In this document: piece by piece, positions 20,966 to 31,010 of the stretch
How the letters are laid out: each line of letters starts with the position of its first letter
Position numbering within the stretch: position 1 is the first letter of the stretch
Assembly: GCA_963845065.1 (NCBI GenBank)
Contig: CAWJQQ010000006.1
Coordinates: 256,001 to 320,000, forward strand
DNA length: 64,000 bases
Direction: 5' to 3'
From: Nitrospirota bacterium
Lineage (GTDB): Bacteria > Nitrospirota > UBA9217
The notes under the pieces: model-generated
What the model saw: only the letters and a program-made list of their open reading frames with translations
What the model was told of the DNA's origin: nothing
Databases searched by the model: none
Translations under genes and position numbers: made by a program

Positions 20966-22324
20966 TTAAATTTTCGGTAATTTTTCGAGAGCTTTCTTGA
21001 TGTCTTCATCAGGATGTTCGTGGTCGAACAGTTTGCCTTCCCGATAATCTGCATAGGCCTGAAGGTCGAGGTACCCATGTCCTGAGAGGTTGAAGAGGAT
21101 GGTCTTCTGTTTGCCCTCTTCCTTTGCGCGAATCGCTTCGTCGATTGCTGCACGGATGGCATGGCCGCTCTCAGGCGCCGGTATGATCGACTCGGTCCCG
21201 GCGAACAGAACTGCTGCCTCAAAGACTTTTGTCTGCGTGTATGCCTTGGCTTCGATGATCTTGTCGTGGTAGAGCTGGGAAATGAGCGGCGAATCACCAT
21301 GGTACCTGAGCCCGCCAGCATGGATGCCTGCAGGCATGAAATCGTGGCCCAGCGTATACATGGATAGGAGTGGCGTCATTCCGGCCACATCTCCAAAGTC
21401 GTAGCAGAACTCTCCCTTGGTAAGCGTGGGACACGACGTGGGCTCCACCGCGATCGCCCGAAGCTCCTTCTTTTTGCCGGTCAGTTTATCATGCAGGAAA
21501 GGGAAGGAAACTCCTGAAAAGTTGCTCCCGCCGCCGCAGCAGCCGATGACCACATCAGGATAATCGCCTGCGATCTCAAGTTGCTTCTTGGCCTCCTGGC
21601 CGATCACAGTTTGGTGCAGGCATACGTGATTCAGCACCGATCCCAGAGCGTAATTCGTATCATTGTGGGTAGCCGCGTCCTCAACAGCTTCAGATATGGC
21701 GATTCCGAGGCTCCCGGTGTTGCTTGGATCGGCTTCGAGGATCTTTCTGCCTGTATTCGTCACTGTTGACGGGCTCGCATGCACGGTGGCACCCCAGGTC
21801 TCCATCATCATCCTACGGTAGGGCTTCTGGCTGAAACTTACCTTCACCATGTAGACTGTAACATCGAGTCCGAATAGCTTGCCTGCAAGGGCCATAGATG
21901 AACCCCACTGGCCTGCACCGGTCTCCGTTGCAATGCGCTTGATACCTGCCTTCTTGTTGTAAAAGGCCTGCGGAATTGACGTGTTCGGCTTGTGGCTACC
22001 CGTAGGGCTCACGCCTTCATATTTATAATAAATTTTTGCCGGCGTGCCAAGCGCCTTCTCAAGCCGATGCGCCCGAAACAATGGCGACGGTCTCCAAAGC
22101 GTGTAGATGTCGAGAACTTCTTCAGGAATATCGATCCAGCGCTCCTGGCTTACTTCCTGAAGGATGAGGTCCATTGGAAAGATGGGTTTAAGGTCATCGG
22201 GTCCAACCGGCTGCTTTGTCCCTGGATGGAGCGGTGGTTTGGGTTTGTTCGGCATATCCGCCATGATATTGTACCACTTGGTCGGAATTTCCTTATCAGA
22301 GAGAACTATCTTGGTCTGTCTCAT
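20966..22324 (-). CDS. trpB2: TrpB2-type tryptophan synthase beta / indole salvage PLP enzyme
   Basis: [35 protein letters not shown]; no trp operon context. Confidence 0.92.
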   Translation of the reverse strand: MRQTKIVLSDKEIPTKWYNIMADMPNKPKPPLHPGTKQPVGPDDLKPIFPMDLILQEVSQERWIDIPEEVLDIYTLWRPSPLFRAHRLEKALGTPAKIYYKYEGVSPTGSHKPNTSIPQAFYNKKAGIKRIATETGAGQWGSSMALAGKLFGLDVTVYMVKVSFSQKPYRRMMMETWGATVHASPSTVTNTGRKILEADPSNTGSLGIAISEAVEDAATHNDTNYALGSVLNHVCLHQTVIGQEAKKQLEIAGDYPDVVIGCCGGGSNFSGVSFPFLHDKLTGKKKELRAIAVEPTSCPTLTKGEFCYDFGDVAGMTPLLSMYTLGHDFMPAGIHAGGLRYHGDSPLISQLYHDKIIEAKAYTQTKVFEAAVLFAGTESIIPAPESGHAIRAAIDEAIRAKEEGKQKTILFNLSGHGYLDLQAYADYREGKLFDHEHPDEDIKKALEKLPKI

Positions 22325-22513
22325 ACCTTCCTCCTGCGTCGTTGGGTCATATGTTCATTAATCAAAGTGGCGCTATTTTAAACTATTTTTAGAAGTTTCA
22401 CAATGGTTTTTAGCGACTTTTTTCGGAAAATAGCGCAGTAAGCGTCATGTGATTTAGCGGTGGAAGTGAATCAAATGATTTGAAAAATTCGGAACTTTAA
22501 CTGGCAGCGATGT

Positions 22514-23690
22514 TTACATCTTAAGTTCACCGAGCATCTTGATAAAAACCTTGAGTGGCTCTAAATCATAGTCTCCAGCCTTCTCGTGATGATAGATAAC
22601 GCGTAGAAAGATGTACGCGCCGGTTGGTAGGCGCGATCCGTGGTCATTGCGTAGGGGTAGCCTCTACCCAACAGCCGCTCATGATGCTCTGAAACGGCGT
22701 TGTAGGACTCTTCGGAGATTTTTTTGCCCGTGTGGTAAATCTTTTCGCTTCAGACACGTGGGCCTTGATGATCTGATATTCTCTGTCGTCAAGCTTGTCT
22801 AGTTTATTGATGTACGGAGAATGGATCATTTTTTTTCCCACGTCATGTAGCAAGACGCTGATACCGAGCTTCTCGATCTGTTGTTTTGGGAGACCTATCG
22901 CGATCCTGAGTCACACGGACAAAACCGTGACATTGAACGAATGAGTGTACGTTTAGTAATCATATGTTCTGAGCGATAAGAGATCGCTGGCTGCAGATCT
23001 GTTCTCTAGAATGTCATAGACCATCCTGTTGATCAAGGTGATGGATTCTTTAATCTTTTTCCGCTGCGGGTATTGTCGAGGAGGTCATTGAGCACGAGCG
23101 TCGAATTTTCCTTGATCATACTACGCTTCACTTTTCCCAAGCCTTTATCCTTAATGCCTATCGCGGTTAAGAGGGGATTCAGGTATGCATTATAGCGAGG
23201 AAGGTCCGCCAGCTTGATCACTATGTCGCCGGTGGTATTTGCAATCCGACCATCGAGGGTGTAGGGAGTTTGTTCTGTAGCCTGAACGAGTATGCTGAGA
23301 CGGAGCTATTCCAGCACATAGAGTTTGAAGGAAATTGTGTCCACGGCTGCAGGAGCGCCGGTCAATGACAAATGCTGTTCCGTTTCTGTAATGTATTGTT
23401 AGTATATCTTGGGAAATAAGGACTGACTTTTTTTGCGAGCCGCCTTGGGCTAGACAGGCTTACAACTCCCTTTCTTCCGACGTCTCAACATAAACCGTGT
23501 TGATGCCTTTTCCCTTCAGATGTTCGAGGCAATTCCGTCATAGATGTTCCCTTTGTTTAACAAAGGAATGACCAAGCTTCGGTCTTTGAAAAACAGAGTG
23601 AACCCCGGACTGGTTCCTATGACGAGCTTGTCAGCTACCACCGAAATATAAGGATCAATATCTATCTCGGTGTAGTGGGCCCCCCTTCTC
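22514..23690 (-). pseudogene. Decayed HD-GYP c-di-GMP phosphodiesterase
   Basis: Fragments YTHSFNV, LLHDVGK, HHERLLGRGYP, AMTTDRAY spread over frames with stops; boundaries approximate. Confidence 0.8.
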
Positions 23691-23738
23691 TTTTCACAAA
23701 GCGTGTAGATACGTCTCGAATGTCTAGCAAATTGCCTG

Positions 23739-24014
23739 TTACAGGCCGATTGAGAACATACTCTCCAGATCGTGACGGGAATGGGCTCGGAAGGCCACAA
23801 GCGTCTCGGACGTTAGGATTCCTTCTACTTTCAACATATGATTTGTCACAACTTCCGCCAGTTGGTCATTGTCTAGCACGCGAATGATGACTGCCAGATC
23901 GTATCTTCCGGCAAGAGAATAAACTTCAGTGATACCCTCCTGGTCGGCAAGCGTTTCGGCCACGGAGTTCACCTTGTCCCGGGCGACCGTCAACAACACC
24001 AGAGCAGTAACCAT
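23739..24014 (-). CDS. Lrp/AsnC ligand-binding-domain-only protein
   Basis: MVTALVLL...GITEVYSLAGRYDL...GILTSETLVAFRAHS.HDLE; GGAGG RBS. Confidence 0.85.
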   Translation of the reverse strand: MVTALVLLTVARDKVNSVAETLADQEGITEVYSLAGRYDLAVIIRVLDNDQLAEVVTNHMLKVEGILTSETLVAFRAHSRHDLESMFSIGL

Positions 24015-24083
24015 GATGAACCTCCTGTATGCGTGTTTTTGTACAATATACCAGATTTTTTGTTATCATGCCAATAAATAAGG

Positions 24084-24998
24084 TCAGGCCTCAATACATC
24101 TGGGGTCTGGTGCTGTAAGGTCGTTTGTGAGAAAAAAACTGTGGGCTGGACAGCCTCCATGACATTGTGAATGGTGACGGCACGATATCTGTTTGCATAA
24201 ATTTGCTGCTGAACTTCGAAAATAGGTAAGTGCCTGATGTTCCCAGATATCTTGAAAAGGATCACTTACGACATTACCAAGGAGATACTCCTTTTGTCCG
24301 AAAAAGAGATTGCAAGGATAAACGGAACCGTCCGGCAAGATCCCCAATTTCGTGGTTCCAGCAGGACAGCGGACCTGTGCAAGCTCGGGGTAGTGATCTG
24401 TGTCCGGCAGAAAACCCGAACAGAAGACCGTGCCCACCTCTGTTAAATTGAACCACTGTTCCATTGTTGATGCGAATAAAGGAAACGGCATTGTCGTCTG
24501 CAGCTCGCTCCGAGAGAGAGCATCTCGATAAATAAGATAATATTTTTTTGGCTTAAGAGAGAGAATTTTATGAATCATGCCACGTCCCATGTCCGGATGA
24601 AAGACGGATTTGACAACCGGCTTGTGCGTCTCAATAAATACTTTGACTTGTTCGAAAGTCACTCGGTCATTGACAGAGATACCAGCAGTTACCCCGCTTC
24701 CCATGCTCATGATTTCTTCAAGTACGTTCAGGTTCGTTCCATTCGAGCTGATGTTTACAAAAAAGCCAGAGACCAAAGACTCTCGAACGAACGAAAGGAT
24801 ATCCGGGTGCAAGGTCGGTTCACCGCCGATTATGTCGATCGTTCGAACCGCTCTCTGCTTTAGGACGACAAGCATAGTTTTGAAATCGGCAAGCGACATA
24901 TCCTGCACCGGCGGCAGGAATCGATTAAAACAAAATTCACAGGAGCGATTGCATCGGAGCGTGGGATAGAATTGTATGTAGTCGGGGCCGTTTCTCAT
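24084..24998 (-). CDS. Radical SAM/SPASM domain protein
   Basis: CNRSCEFC, GGEPTL, CPAG...DGSVYPC, C...C.....C.GGCP...DPRC. Confidence 0.9.
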   Translation of the reverse strand: MRNGPDYIQFYPTLRCNRSCEFCFNRFLPPVQDMSLADFKTMLVVLKQRAVRTIDIIGGEPTLHPDILSFVRESLVSGFFVNISSNGTNLNVLEEIMSMGSGVTAGISVNDRVTFEQVKVFIETHKPVVKSVFHPDMGRGMIHKILSLKPKKYYLIYRDALSRSELQTTMPFPLFASTMEQWFNLTEVGTVFCSGFLPDTDHYPELAQVRCPAGTTKLGILPDGSVYPCNLFFGQKEYLLGNVVSDPFQDIWEHQALTYFRSSAANLCKQISCRHHSQCHGGCPAHSFFLTNDLTAPDPRCIEA

Positions 24999-25061
24999 AT
25001 ATAATTTACATTACTTCTTCTTCCTCCCTAGACGGATGGCGTCAAATAAGTGAGGCAAGAT

Positions 25062-25922
25062 TTATCCAATCGAATATCTGGTTCCTCTTTTTCGGATGAA
25101 CCCTTCCTCCTCTAATTTAAGGAGATTAGACTTCACCCGCTCCGGATCCATGGCAGTTTTATTCATTATTTGTGCCACTCTCAATGGCGACTCGGCAACA
25201 AGCACCTTTAATATCCTTCCCCGCACCTGGCGGTTTGAATTCTCGAAGGTGCTCTGCCGTGCATAATGGACGCTCTTCCTGTTGGGGTTCTCATGCTCCT
25301 GTTTGAGCATGGTCCCGTAGTCCATAAGAGCATTGTACCATTTCCGGGGCTCACTGGTATCCACGGTCTGTTCAACGATAGAGACGATCTCATCATCGTG
25401 GATGGCATCGCAATTCGGGAAGAACTCATGAATGAAAACCCGGCGGATGTTGGTATCTATAAAAACCACGGGCTTATTGAAGGCAAAGGCTGCCACGGCG
25501 CCTGCTGTATATTTTCCGATGCCGGGAAGCGTACGGAGATGTTCCGGATCTCGCGGTAGCTTGCCCTGATACTCGTGCACCACCTGCTGCGCCAGGGACT
25601 TGAGAGCAAGTGCACGGCGATTGTAGCCCATGCCTGACCATATCTTAAGCAGTTTTAAAAGTGACACCTGGGAAAGGGCGTTGAAATTGGGAATCGCGTT
25701 GAGGAACTCCTGGAATTTTTCGATGACTCGCTCCACCTGCGTTTGTTGGAGCATTATCTCGGAAACTATGACACGATAAGGGGTAGGATTTTTTCTCCAA
25801 GGCAAACTGCGTCCCGAATGTTCATAATATTCGTAAATTTTTTTTCGGAAGACACGGACTTCCGCTGTAGTAAGAAGTTTATTTTTCTTCCTTGGGCGGA
25901 TAGTGGTCGTTTTCCTCTGCAT
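25062..25922 (-). CDS. mutY: A/G-specific adenine glycosylase, Fe-S-less MutY-like
   Basis: LPWR, VSEIMLQQTQV, WSGMGYNRRA, LPGIGKYTA, DTNIRRV. Confidence 0.85.
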   Translation of the reverse strand: MQRKTTTIRPRKKNKLLTTAEVRVFRKKIYEYYEHSGRSLPWRKNPTPYRVIVSEIMLQQTQVERVIEKFQEFLNAIPNFNALSQVSLLKLLKIWSGMGYNRRALALKSLAQQVVHEYQGKLPRDPEHLRTLPGIGKYTAGAVAAFAFNKPVVFIDTNIRRVFIHEFFPNCDAIHDDEIVSIVEQTVDTSEPRKWYNALMDYGTMLKQEHENPNRKSVHYARQSTFENSNRQVRGRILKVLVAESPLRVAQIMNKTAMDPERVKSNLLKLEEEGFIRKRGTRYSIG

Positions 25923-25947
25923 ACGCTTGAAGAGATATCCCTTGGCG

Positions 25948-26595
25948 TTATTTTTTTTTGAGCAGGATATAAAGCGCGCCGAGGCCGCCATCACACTGCC
26001 GGGCAGTTACGAAGGCAATTATATCATTTCGGAAGTGACCGGTCAGACGTTTAACGACCGCTTCTTTCAAACGAGCGCCGTTGACTGAGCGTAGACCCCT
26101 GCCGTGGATAACTTTTACGCAGCACAAATTTTTTTTAAAAGATCCTTGGATAAAATGTTCTAGCTCTTCTTCCGCCTCAAGTACGGTACAACCGTGGAGG
26201 TCAAGATAGGCCTGGATCGAGAACAGCCCTTCATGAAGATTCCGAATAATATCCTCACGAAATTCAGGATTAATCCACTCGACGTATTCCTGTGTATGCG
26301 GCAAATGGATTGGGCGCTGCCCTCCTGCAATTTCTTCAAGAATATCGAGCACTTCGCATTCGGAATCACGGCGCGCTAATGTAATATTAGTCTTTCGGGG
26401 ACGGGAAACGCAGGTCAAAGAACGGAACGCTTCTATCTCCTGAACATCATTCATGGCAATATGGAACAGCTCTTCTTCGGTATATACCTCTTTTTTCTTT
26501 TGAGGGAAAGACAGGGGAGTGGAAGCGGCTCGCGTGCTTTCAATTTTCTTCCTGAGTTTCTCGAAAGGGTGGATGGCAAAAGTTTTATTACCCAT
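25948..26595 (-). CDS. Stand-alone Smr domain protein
   Basis: LDLHG, VIHGRGLRS, DGGLGALYILL. Confidence 0.88.
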   Translation of the reverse strand: MGNKTFAIHPFEKLRKKIESTRAASTPLSFPQKKKEVYTEEELFHIAMNDVQEIEAFRSLTCVSRPRKTNITLARRDSECEVLDILEEIAGGQRPIHLPHTQEYVEWINPEFREDIIRNLHEGLFSIQAYLDLHGCTVLEAEEELEHFIQGSFKKNLCCVKVIHGRGLRSVNGARLKEAVVKRLTGHFRNDIIAFVTARQCDGGLGALYILLKKK

Positions 26596-26686
26596 AGATC
26601 ATGCTCGCAACATTATTATAAGTTTCCTCACCGTAGCCCCCTCCCGACGGAGGAAGAAGGCTTATAAGGATGAGAGCATTAAAAAA

Positions 26687-27060
26687 AATCAGAGCGGGTC
26701 GTAAGCCGAGTTCTGTTCCCTGATTGCTCAGGGTGGTGAACATTTATCTGGGCTATCGATTACTCGATAGCACGAGCGACCTACCCGGAAGTCTCGGACG
26801 GGCCGTCCTTACCCCCTTGCGGAAGATGCTTCCCTATGTGGTCTTGCTCCAGGCGGGGTTTTCCAAGCACTCGGCATTGCTGCCGGGTCTGGTGGGCTCT
26901 TGCCCCACCGTTTCACCCTTACCCTGTTCGGGGCGGTCTTCTTTTCTGTGGCACTGTCCATGGGGTCGCCCCCTGTCCCGTTTCGGGACCACCTTGCCCT
27001 GCGGAGCTCGGACTTTCCTCCCTCCGTTGCCGGAGAGTGATCACCTCACCCGCTCTGATT
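26687..27060 (-). ncRNA. rnpB: RNase P RNA (class A)
   Basis: GAGGAAAGTCCGAGCTC near the 5' end, ACAGAACTCGGCTTA near the 3' end, complementary P1 ends AATCAGAGCGGGT/ACCCGCTCTGATT. Confidence 0.95.
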
Positions 27061-27181
27061 ATTTTATTGGAATTTCCCTTGCAAAAGACTCTGAGATCGT
27101 CAAGAAATGCCACATAATTCATGAACAAAATTGCTCTTATTCCTTTCCTTTTTTCCTTAGCGTACTCTGCGTCCTTTGCGG

Positions 27182-27601
27182 CTATACTATTCTTTCATCA
27201 ATCGCCTTGTTTGCCAATGCGTCTGCTTCCTTGTTCATCTCCCGCGGTATGTATTGTACATCAACGTTCCCGATCAGCGCAATAAGCTCTTTGGCCTTCA
27301 GGAAGAGTGGCTTGAGCCCTTCATTTTTTACTTTATACTGACCGTTCAGTTGTTTCACCACAAGCTCAGAATCAGCATGTAACTTGACATTTGAAGCGCC
27401 GAGTTTTATGGCGTGTTCCAACCCGAGAATTGCCGCCCTATATTCAGCAATGTTGTTCGTAGTCTTGCCGAGATATCGTGCGATCTTCTCAACTGGCTTG
27501 CCATCCTGGAGTATAAAAATACCAGCACCTGCCTCTCCGGGGTTATTCCGCGACGCACCGTCGGTAAAGATGGTAAAATGTGCTTTGCTTATGATATTCA
27601 T
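27182..27601 (-). CDS. rnhA: Ribonuclease HI family protein
   Basis: FTDGASRNNPG, TNNIAEY, DSELVVKQ, N.EADALAN. Confidence 0.9.
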   Translation of the reverse strand: MNIISKAHFTIFTDGASRNNPGEAGAGIFILQDGKPVEKIARYLGKTTNNIAEYRAAILGLEHAIKLGASNVKLHADSELVVKQLNGQYKVKNEGLKPLFLKAKELIALIGNVDVQYIPREMNKEADALANKAIDERIV

Positions 27602-27703
27602 GTTGATTCCTTTGCCGAGAGACCGGAAGTCTCCGAATATCGCGATGAGGATTACGTTATTCGTTCAGCCTTATTCGGACATCGTACTTCCCGGCTTTTC
27701 GTT

Positions 27704-28423
27704 CTATTTTGGTTCAATCGCTTCTCTGTAGAACAACATGCGATGGCAGTTGGGACAAGTAATGATGCTTACATTTTTTTTTACGTTCACAAATATCTGG
27801 GGAGGGATACTCATATAGCATCCGGAGCAGGATTCACCGCGCGCCTCCGTAATAGCGATTCCTGCCTTGGTACTAAGTAGTTTCTGATATTGAGCGAGTA
27901 TGTCGGGTTTGACACTTGTAACGACATCTTGCCATGCGCGCTTTAGTCCTTTCAACTCTTCCTCGATCTTCGCAAAATCAGCTTCGAGCTGCATCTGCTC
28001 GGATTGGAGGGCCACTTCTTCTTCCCGTGACCGCTGCTCCGCACTTGTTATACTCGCGGCAGCCGCTTCAATCTTTTCCATAAGGATAAGAATGTCGTCC
28101 TCAATGGCCTTGTTCTCTTTTTCCCCTATCTCGATCTCCCTGAGCAGCGCCTGATATTCCTTGTTGTTCTTGATCTCGGATGTGCGGGCTTTAAGTTTTT
28201 CGATCTTCTGACCCCCTGCTTCCAGGTCCTGGTCACGATCCCGCTTGTTCTTCTGTGCCAACTGAAGTTCTTCCTTGACACTTTCAAGATTCGTTTTATT
28301 CGCCTCACGTTTCCGCTCTAGGTCGGCGAGGAACTCCGGTAGGCGTTTTTTCTGCTCCATGAGAGATCGGATTTTACCATCGATTTCTTGAAGCTGAATA
28401 AGCAGACTCAGTTGTTCGTCCAT
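27704..28423 (-). CDS. Coiled-coil C4 zinc-ribbon protein (DUF164/HP0958-like)
   Basis: LQEID, long coiled coil, CSGC...CPNC. Confidence 0.88.
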   Translation of the reverse strand: MDEQLSLLIQLQEIDGKIRSLMEQKKRLPEFLADLERKREANKTNLESVKEELQLAQKNKRDRDQDLEAGGQKIEKLKARTSEIKNNKEYQALLREIEIGEKENKAIEDDILILMEKIEAAAASITSAEQRSREEEVALQSEQMQLEADFAKIEEELKGLKRAWQDVVTSVKPDILAQYQKLLSTKAGIAITEARGESCSGCYMSIPPQIFVNVKKNVSIITCPNCHRMLFYREAIEPK

Positions 28424-28440
28424 CAGGCCTCCAAAATAAA

Positions 28441-28462
28441 AAATGCGCCGGCCGGCGCATTT
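28441..28462 (-). terminator. Intrinsic terminator downstream of the tRNA
   Basis: Perfect palindrome AAATGCGCCGGCCGGCGCATTT followed by a U-tract on the minus strand. Confidence 0.7.
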
Positions 28463-28530
28463 CTATTGATTGTTCGTTCTCTTTGTCTCTGTATGCTTGG
28501 CAAAAGTCATTGTCTGCTCCTTTTTGAAGA

Positions 28531-28606
28531 TGGTGGGCCCACCAGGACTCGAACCTGGGACCAACCGGTTATGAGCCGGTAGCTCTACCAACTGAGCTAT
28601 GGGCCC
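28531..28606 (-). tRNA. tRNA-Ile2 (CAT anticodon, lysidine type)
   Basis: GGGCCCATAGCTCAGTTGGTAGAGCTACCGGCTCATAACCGGTTGGTCCCAGGTTCGAGTCCTGGTGGGCCCACCA; 76 nt, CCA encoded; Ile2 rather than Met inferred from sequence style. Confidence 0.92.
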
Positions 28607-28936
28607 TCTATGGGGCAACTTTCGATCTCCTCATCGCACACAAGACCGAAGGATATATTCGATTAGGCGATTGGCTTGGAATTCATTGATAATAAAGTGT
28701 TTGGTACATTAAACGTACTATGAACGGCCCCCTATATTGTCAGAACCGCACAAAAATGTCAAGGTACCTATACTACCCAAGAACAGCGACAGGATTTAAA
28801 TCATGCTGCACCAGTAAAACAAACAACCGTTTTTTAAAGTTATCGCATGTTACGCGACCATACTGAAGTTCGCGTCACCAACACTCGCAGCTTTTGACAT
28901 CCTTAGCCGTCTCTTCATCTAATTTGAGACAAACCT

Positions 28937-28996
28937 CTCCTTTTTGAAGATGGTGGGCCCACCAGGACTCGAACCTGGGACCAACCGGTTATGAGC
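28937..28996 (-). repeat. 60-bp perfect direct repeat of tRNA 3' half plus trailer (copy of 28517-28576)
   Basis: ctcctttttgaagatggtgggccc...ccggttatgagc occurs twice, 420 bp apart. Confidence 0.93.
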
Positions 28997-29124
28997 TTTG
29001 TCGTATCAGGATTTCACCTTGCCGGTTAGAGAATTTGATTGGTCTAATCCTTTATGCCCGCTCTTATAGCGGCCTACAAGGTTTTTTATTGCTCGGTAAA
29101 TATTTCTATCGTTGTTTGAGGGTA

Positions 29125-30927
29125 CTATTCTATGAAACTCTTGAGCTGTTTGCTCCTGCTCGGATGGCGCAGTTTCCGCAAAGCCTTTGCCTCGATCTGG
29201 CGGATCCGCTCGCGAGTAACGTCGAATTCCTGGCCCACTTCTTCGAGCGTATGGTCCGTCTGCTCGCCGATGCCGAAACGCCAGCGGAGCACCTTTTCCT
29301 CACGTTCCGTCAGCGTATTAAGCACCCTCCGTACCTGCTGGTGGAGGTTCTTTCTGATTGCCGACTCGAGTGGTGAGGCTACTTTCTTGTCCTCGATGAA
29401 GTCCCCCAGATGGCTGTCCTCTTCCTCACCGATAGGAGTCTCTAGCGAGATCGGTTCCTTAGCGATTTTCATGATCTTGCGGACTTTCTCAACCGGCAGC
29501 TTCATGGACACGGCAATCTCCTCAGTTGTCGGTTCCCTGCCGAGGTCCTGGACAAGACCTCGCGACGTACGGATGAGCTTGTTCATTGTCTCGATCATAT
29601 GCACCGGGATACGGATTGTGCGCGCCTGGTCCGCAATGGCCCTGGTGATTGCTTGCCTAATCCACCATGTGGCATAAGTACTGAATTTATACCCGCGCTG
29701 CCATTCGAACTTGTCCACGGCTTTCATAAGGCCGATGTTCCCTTCTTGAATAAGGTCAAGGAATTGGAGTCCGCGGTTGGTGTATTTCTTGGCAATGGAG
29801 ACCACCAGTCGAAGGTTCGCTTCCACCAGCTCGCTCTTGGCATACTTGGCGCGTTCTTCGGCTCGTTCGTAGGCCCTGAGCACTTTTTTAAGCTCCTCGG
29901 ACGAGACTCCACAATCCATCTCGATATTTTTTATACGCTTGACTGCGTTCCGATAAGTTTTTTCCAACCCAAGAAGCGCCTCCTGCTTCATTTCAAGCCT
30001 GCGCGCTGCATTCTTCAGCTCACGTTCTCCCAACCGCATCTTCTTGAATATATCCTTCAGCTCCGCAATAACAAGGCCCGACTTCCGCTCAAGCCCGTGG
30101 ATTTCGCGTTCGGAGAGCTGCACCTCACCCACCATCTCGCGCAACTTCATGACAAGCCTATCGGTCTGACGGCAATGGATGTTCAGCGCCTCCAGTTTGT
30201 CAAATAAAGCAAGTCGCGTCGTTTGCATTTTTTCACGAAGATTCTTCTTGCGAGCCTCGGTACAGCGACTGCTCGTTACGTGGTTCGTAAGCGTAGCAAG
30301 TTCCTTGCTGTGGCGGTCAACCTCGGTTATGAGCTTGATCACTCGCGCATGGAGCTCTTCCTCGTTCTGACTCTGAAGATCGTCAAAATCGTCATCCCCG
30401 GCGTGAACGACTTCATTGATGCTGATCTTGCCTTTCCTTAGCTTATCGCCAAGATCGCGGACATCCTGAAGCGCAAACGGCAGACTGTAGAGTATCTGGG
30501 CCGCCTCTCGCTTACCCTCTTCAATCCTCTTCGCGATCGCTACCTCGCCTTCTTTCGACAGAAGAGGTACTGTGCCCATTTCCTTCAAATAGAGTCGGAC
30601 TGGATCATCGGTCTTGCCCACGCCAACCTCAACCTCTTCTTCTTCTACGTCTTCCTCGGAAGCGTCTTCAAGGCTTACTTCGTCCGACTCGGCGCCTTCC
30701 TCCAGCTCGTCATCGGCATGTTGGCGAACCTTGCCATCGTGTCGCGATTCGGCGATATCGATGTCCATTTCTCCATCGCCGAACAAGGAGATGATACTAT
30801 CGAGCTGTTCCGTAGAAACATCTTCATGAGGAATGGGCTCCTGTGTTTCTTCAAAGGGAACATAATTGCGCTCTTTCCCCGCTCCGTTCGTTTTTTTGGA
30901 ATCTACTGTTTTGTCCCGCTTTGACAT
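29125..30927 (-). CDS. rpoD: RNA polymerase primary sigma factor
   Basis: [46 protein letters not shown]. Confidence 0.97.
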   Translation of the reverse strand: MSKRDKTVDSKKTNGAGKERNYVPFEETQEPIPHEDVSTEQLDSIISLFGDGEMDIDIAESRHDGKVRQHADDELEEGAESDEVSLEDASEEDVEEEEVEVGVGKTDDPVRLYLKEMGTVPLLSKEGEVAIAKRIEEGKREAAQILYSLPFALQDVRDLGDKLRKGKISINEVVHAGDDDFDDLQSQNEEELHARVIKLITEVDRHSKELATLTNHVTSSRCTEARKKNLREKMQTTRLALFDKLEALNIHCRQTDRLVMKLREMVGEVQLSEREIHGLERKSGLVIAELKDIFKKMRLGERELKNAARRLEMKQEALLGLEKTYRNAVKRIKNIEMDCGVSSEELKKVLRAYERAEERAKYAKSELVEANLRLVVSIAKKYTNRGLQFLDLIQEGNIGLMKAVDKFEWQRGYKFSTYATWWIRQAITRAIADQARTIRIPVHMIETMNKLIRTSRGLVQDLGREPTTEEIAVSMKLPVEKVRKIMKIAKEPISLETPIGEEEDSHLGDFIEDKKVASPLESAIRKNLHQQVRRVLNTLTEREEKVLRWRFGIGEQTDHTLEEVGQEFDVTRERIRQIEAKALRKLRHPSRSKQLKSFIE

Positions 30928-31010
30928 GCTCTGGTGCTCCTTTTATGCGGCAGCGTTCACGCTGCCACGATCTATTCGTCGGAAAAGATTAACTCGCTTT
31001 CATCTCGTGT

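Noticed and set aside
23739..24998. Ahb haem-biosynthesis module (AsnC-like AhbA/B plus rSAM AhbC/D)
   Set aside because: The AsnC protein is only 91 aa with no HTH-like part, and no other haem or sirohaem genes are nearby.
26724..27341. 205-aa plus-strand ORF and overlapping short ORFs
   Set aside because: Antisense shadow of rnpB and rnhA.
28531..28996. Permuted or intron-split tRNA gene
   Set aside because: The downstream copy is a complete 76-nt tRNA, and the upstream copy has no matching 5' exon or recognisable group I intron core.
28517..28996. CRISPR-like repeat
   Set aside because: Only two copies, tRNA-derived, with a 360-bp spacer and no cas genes.
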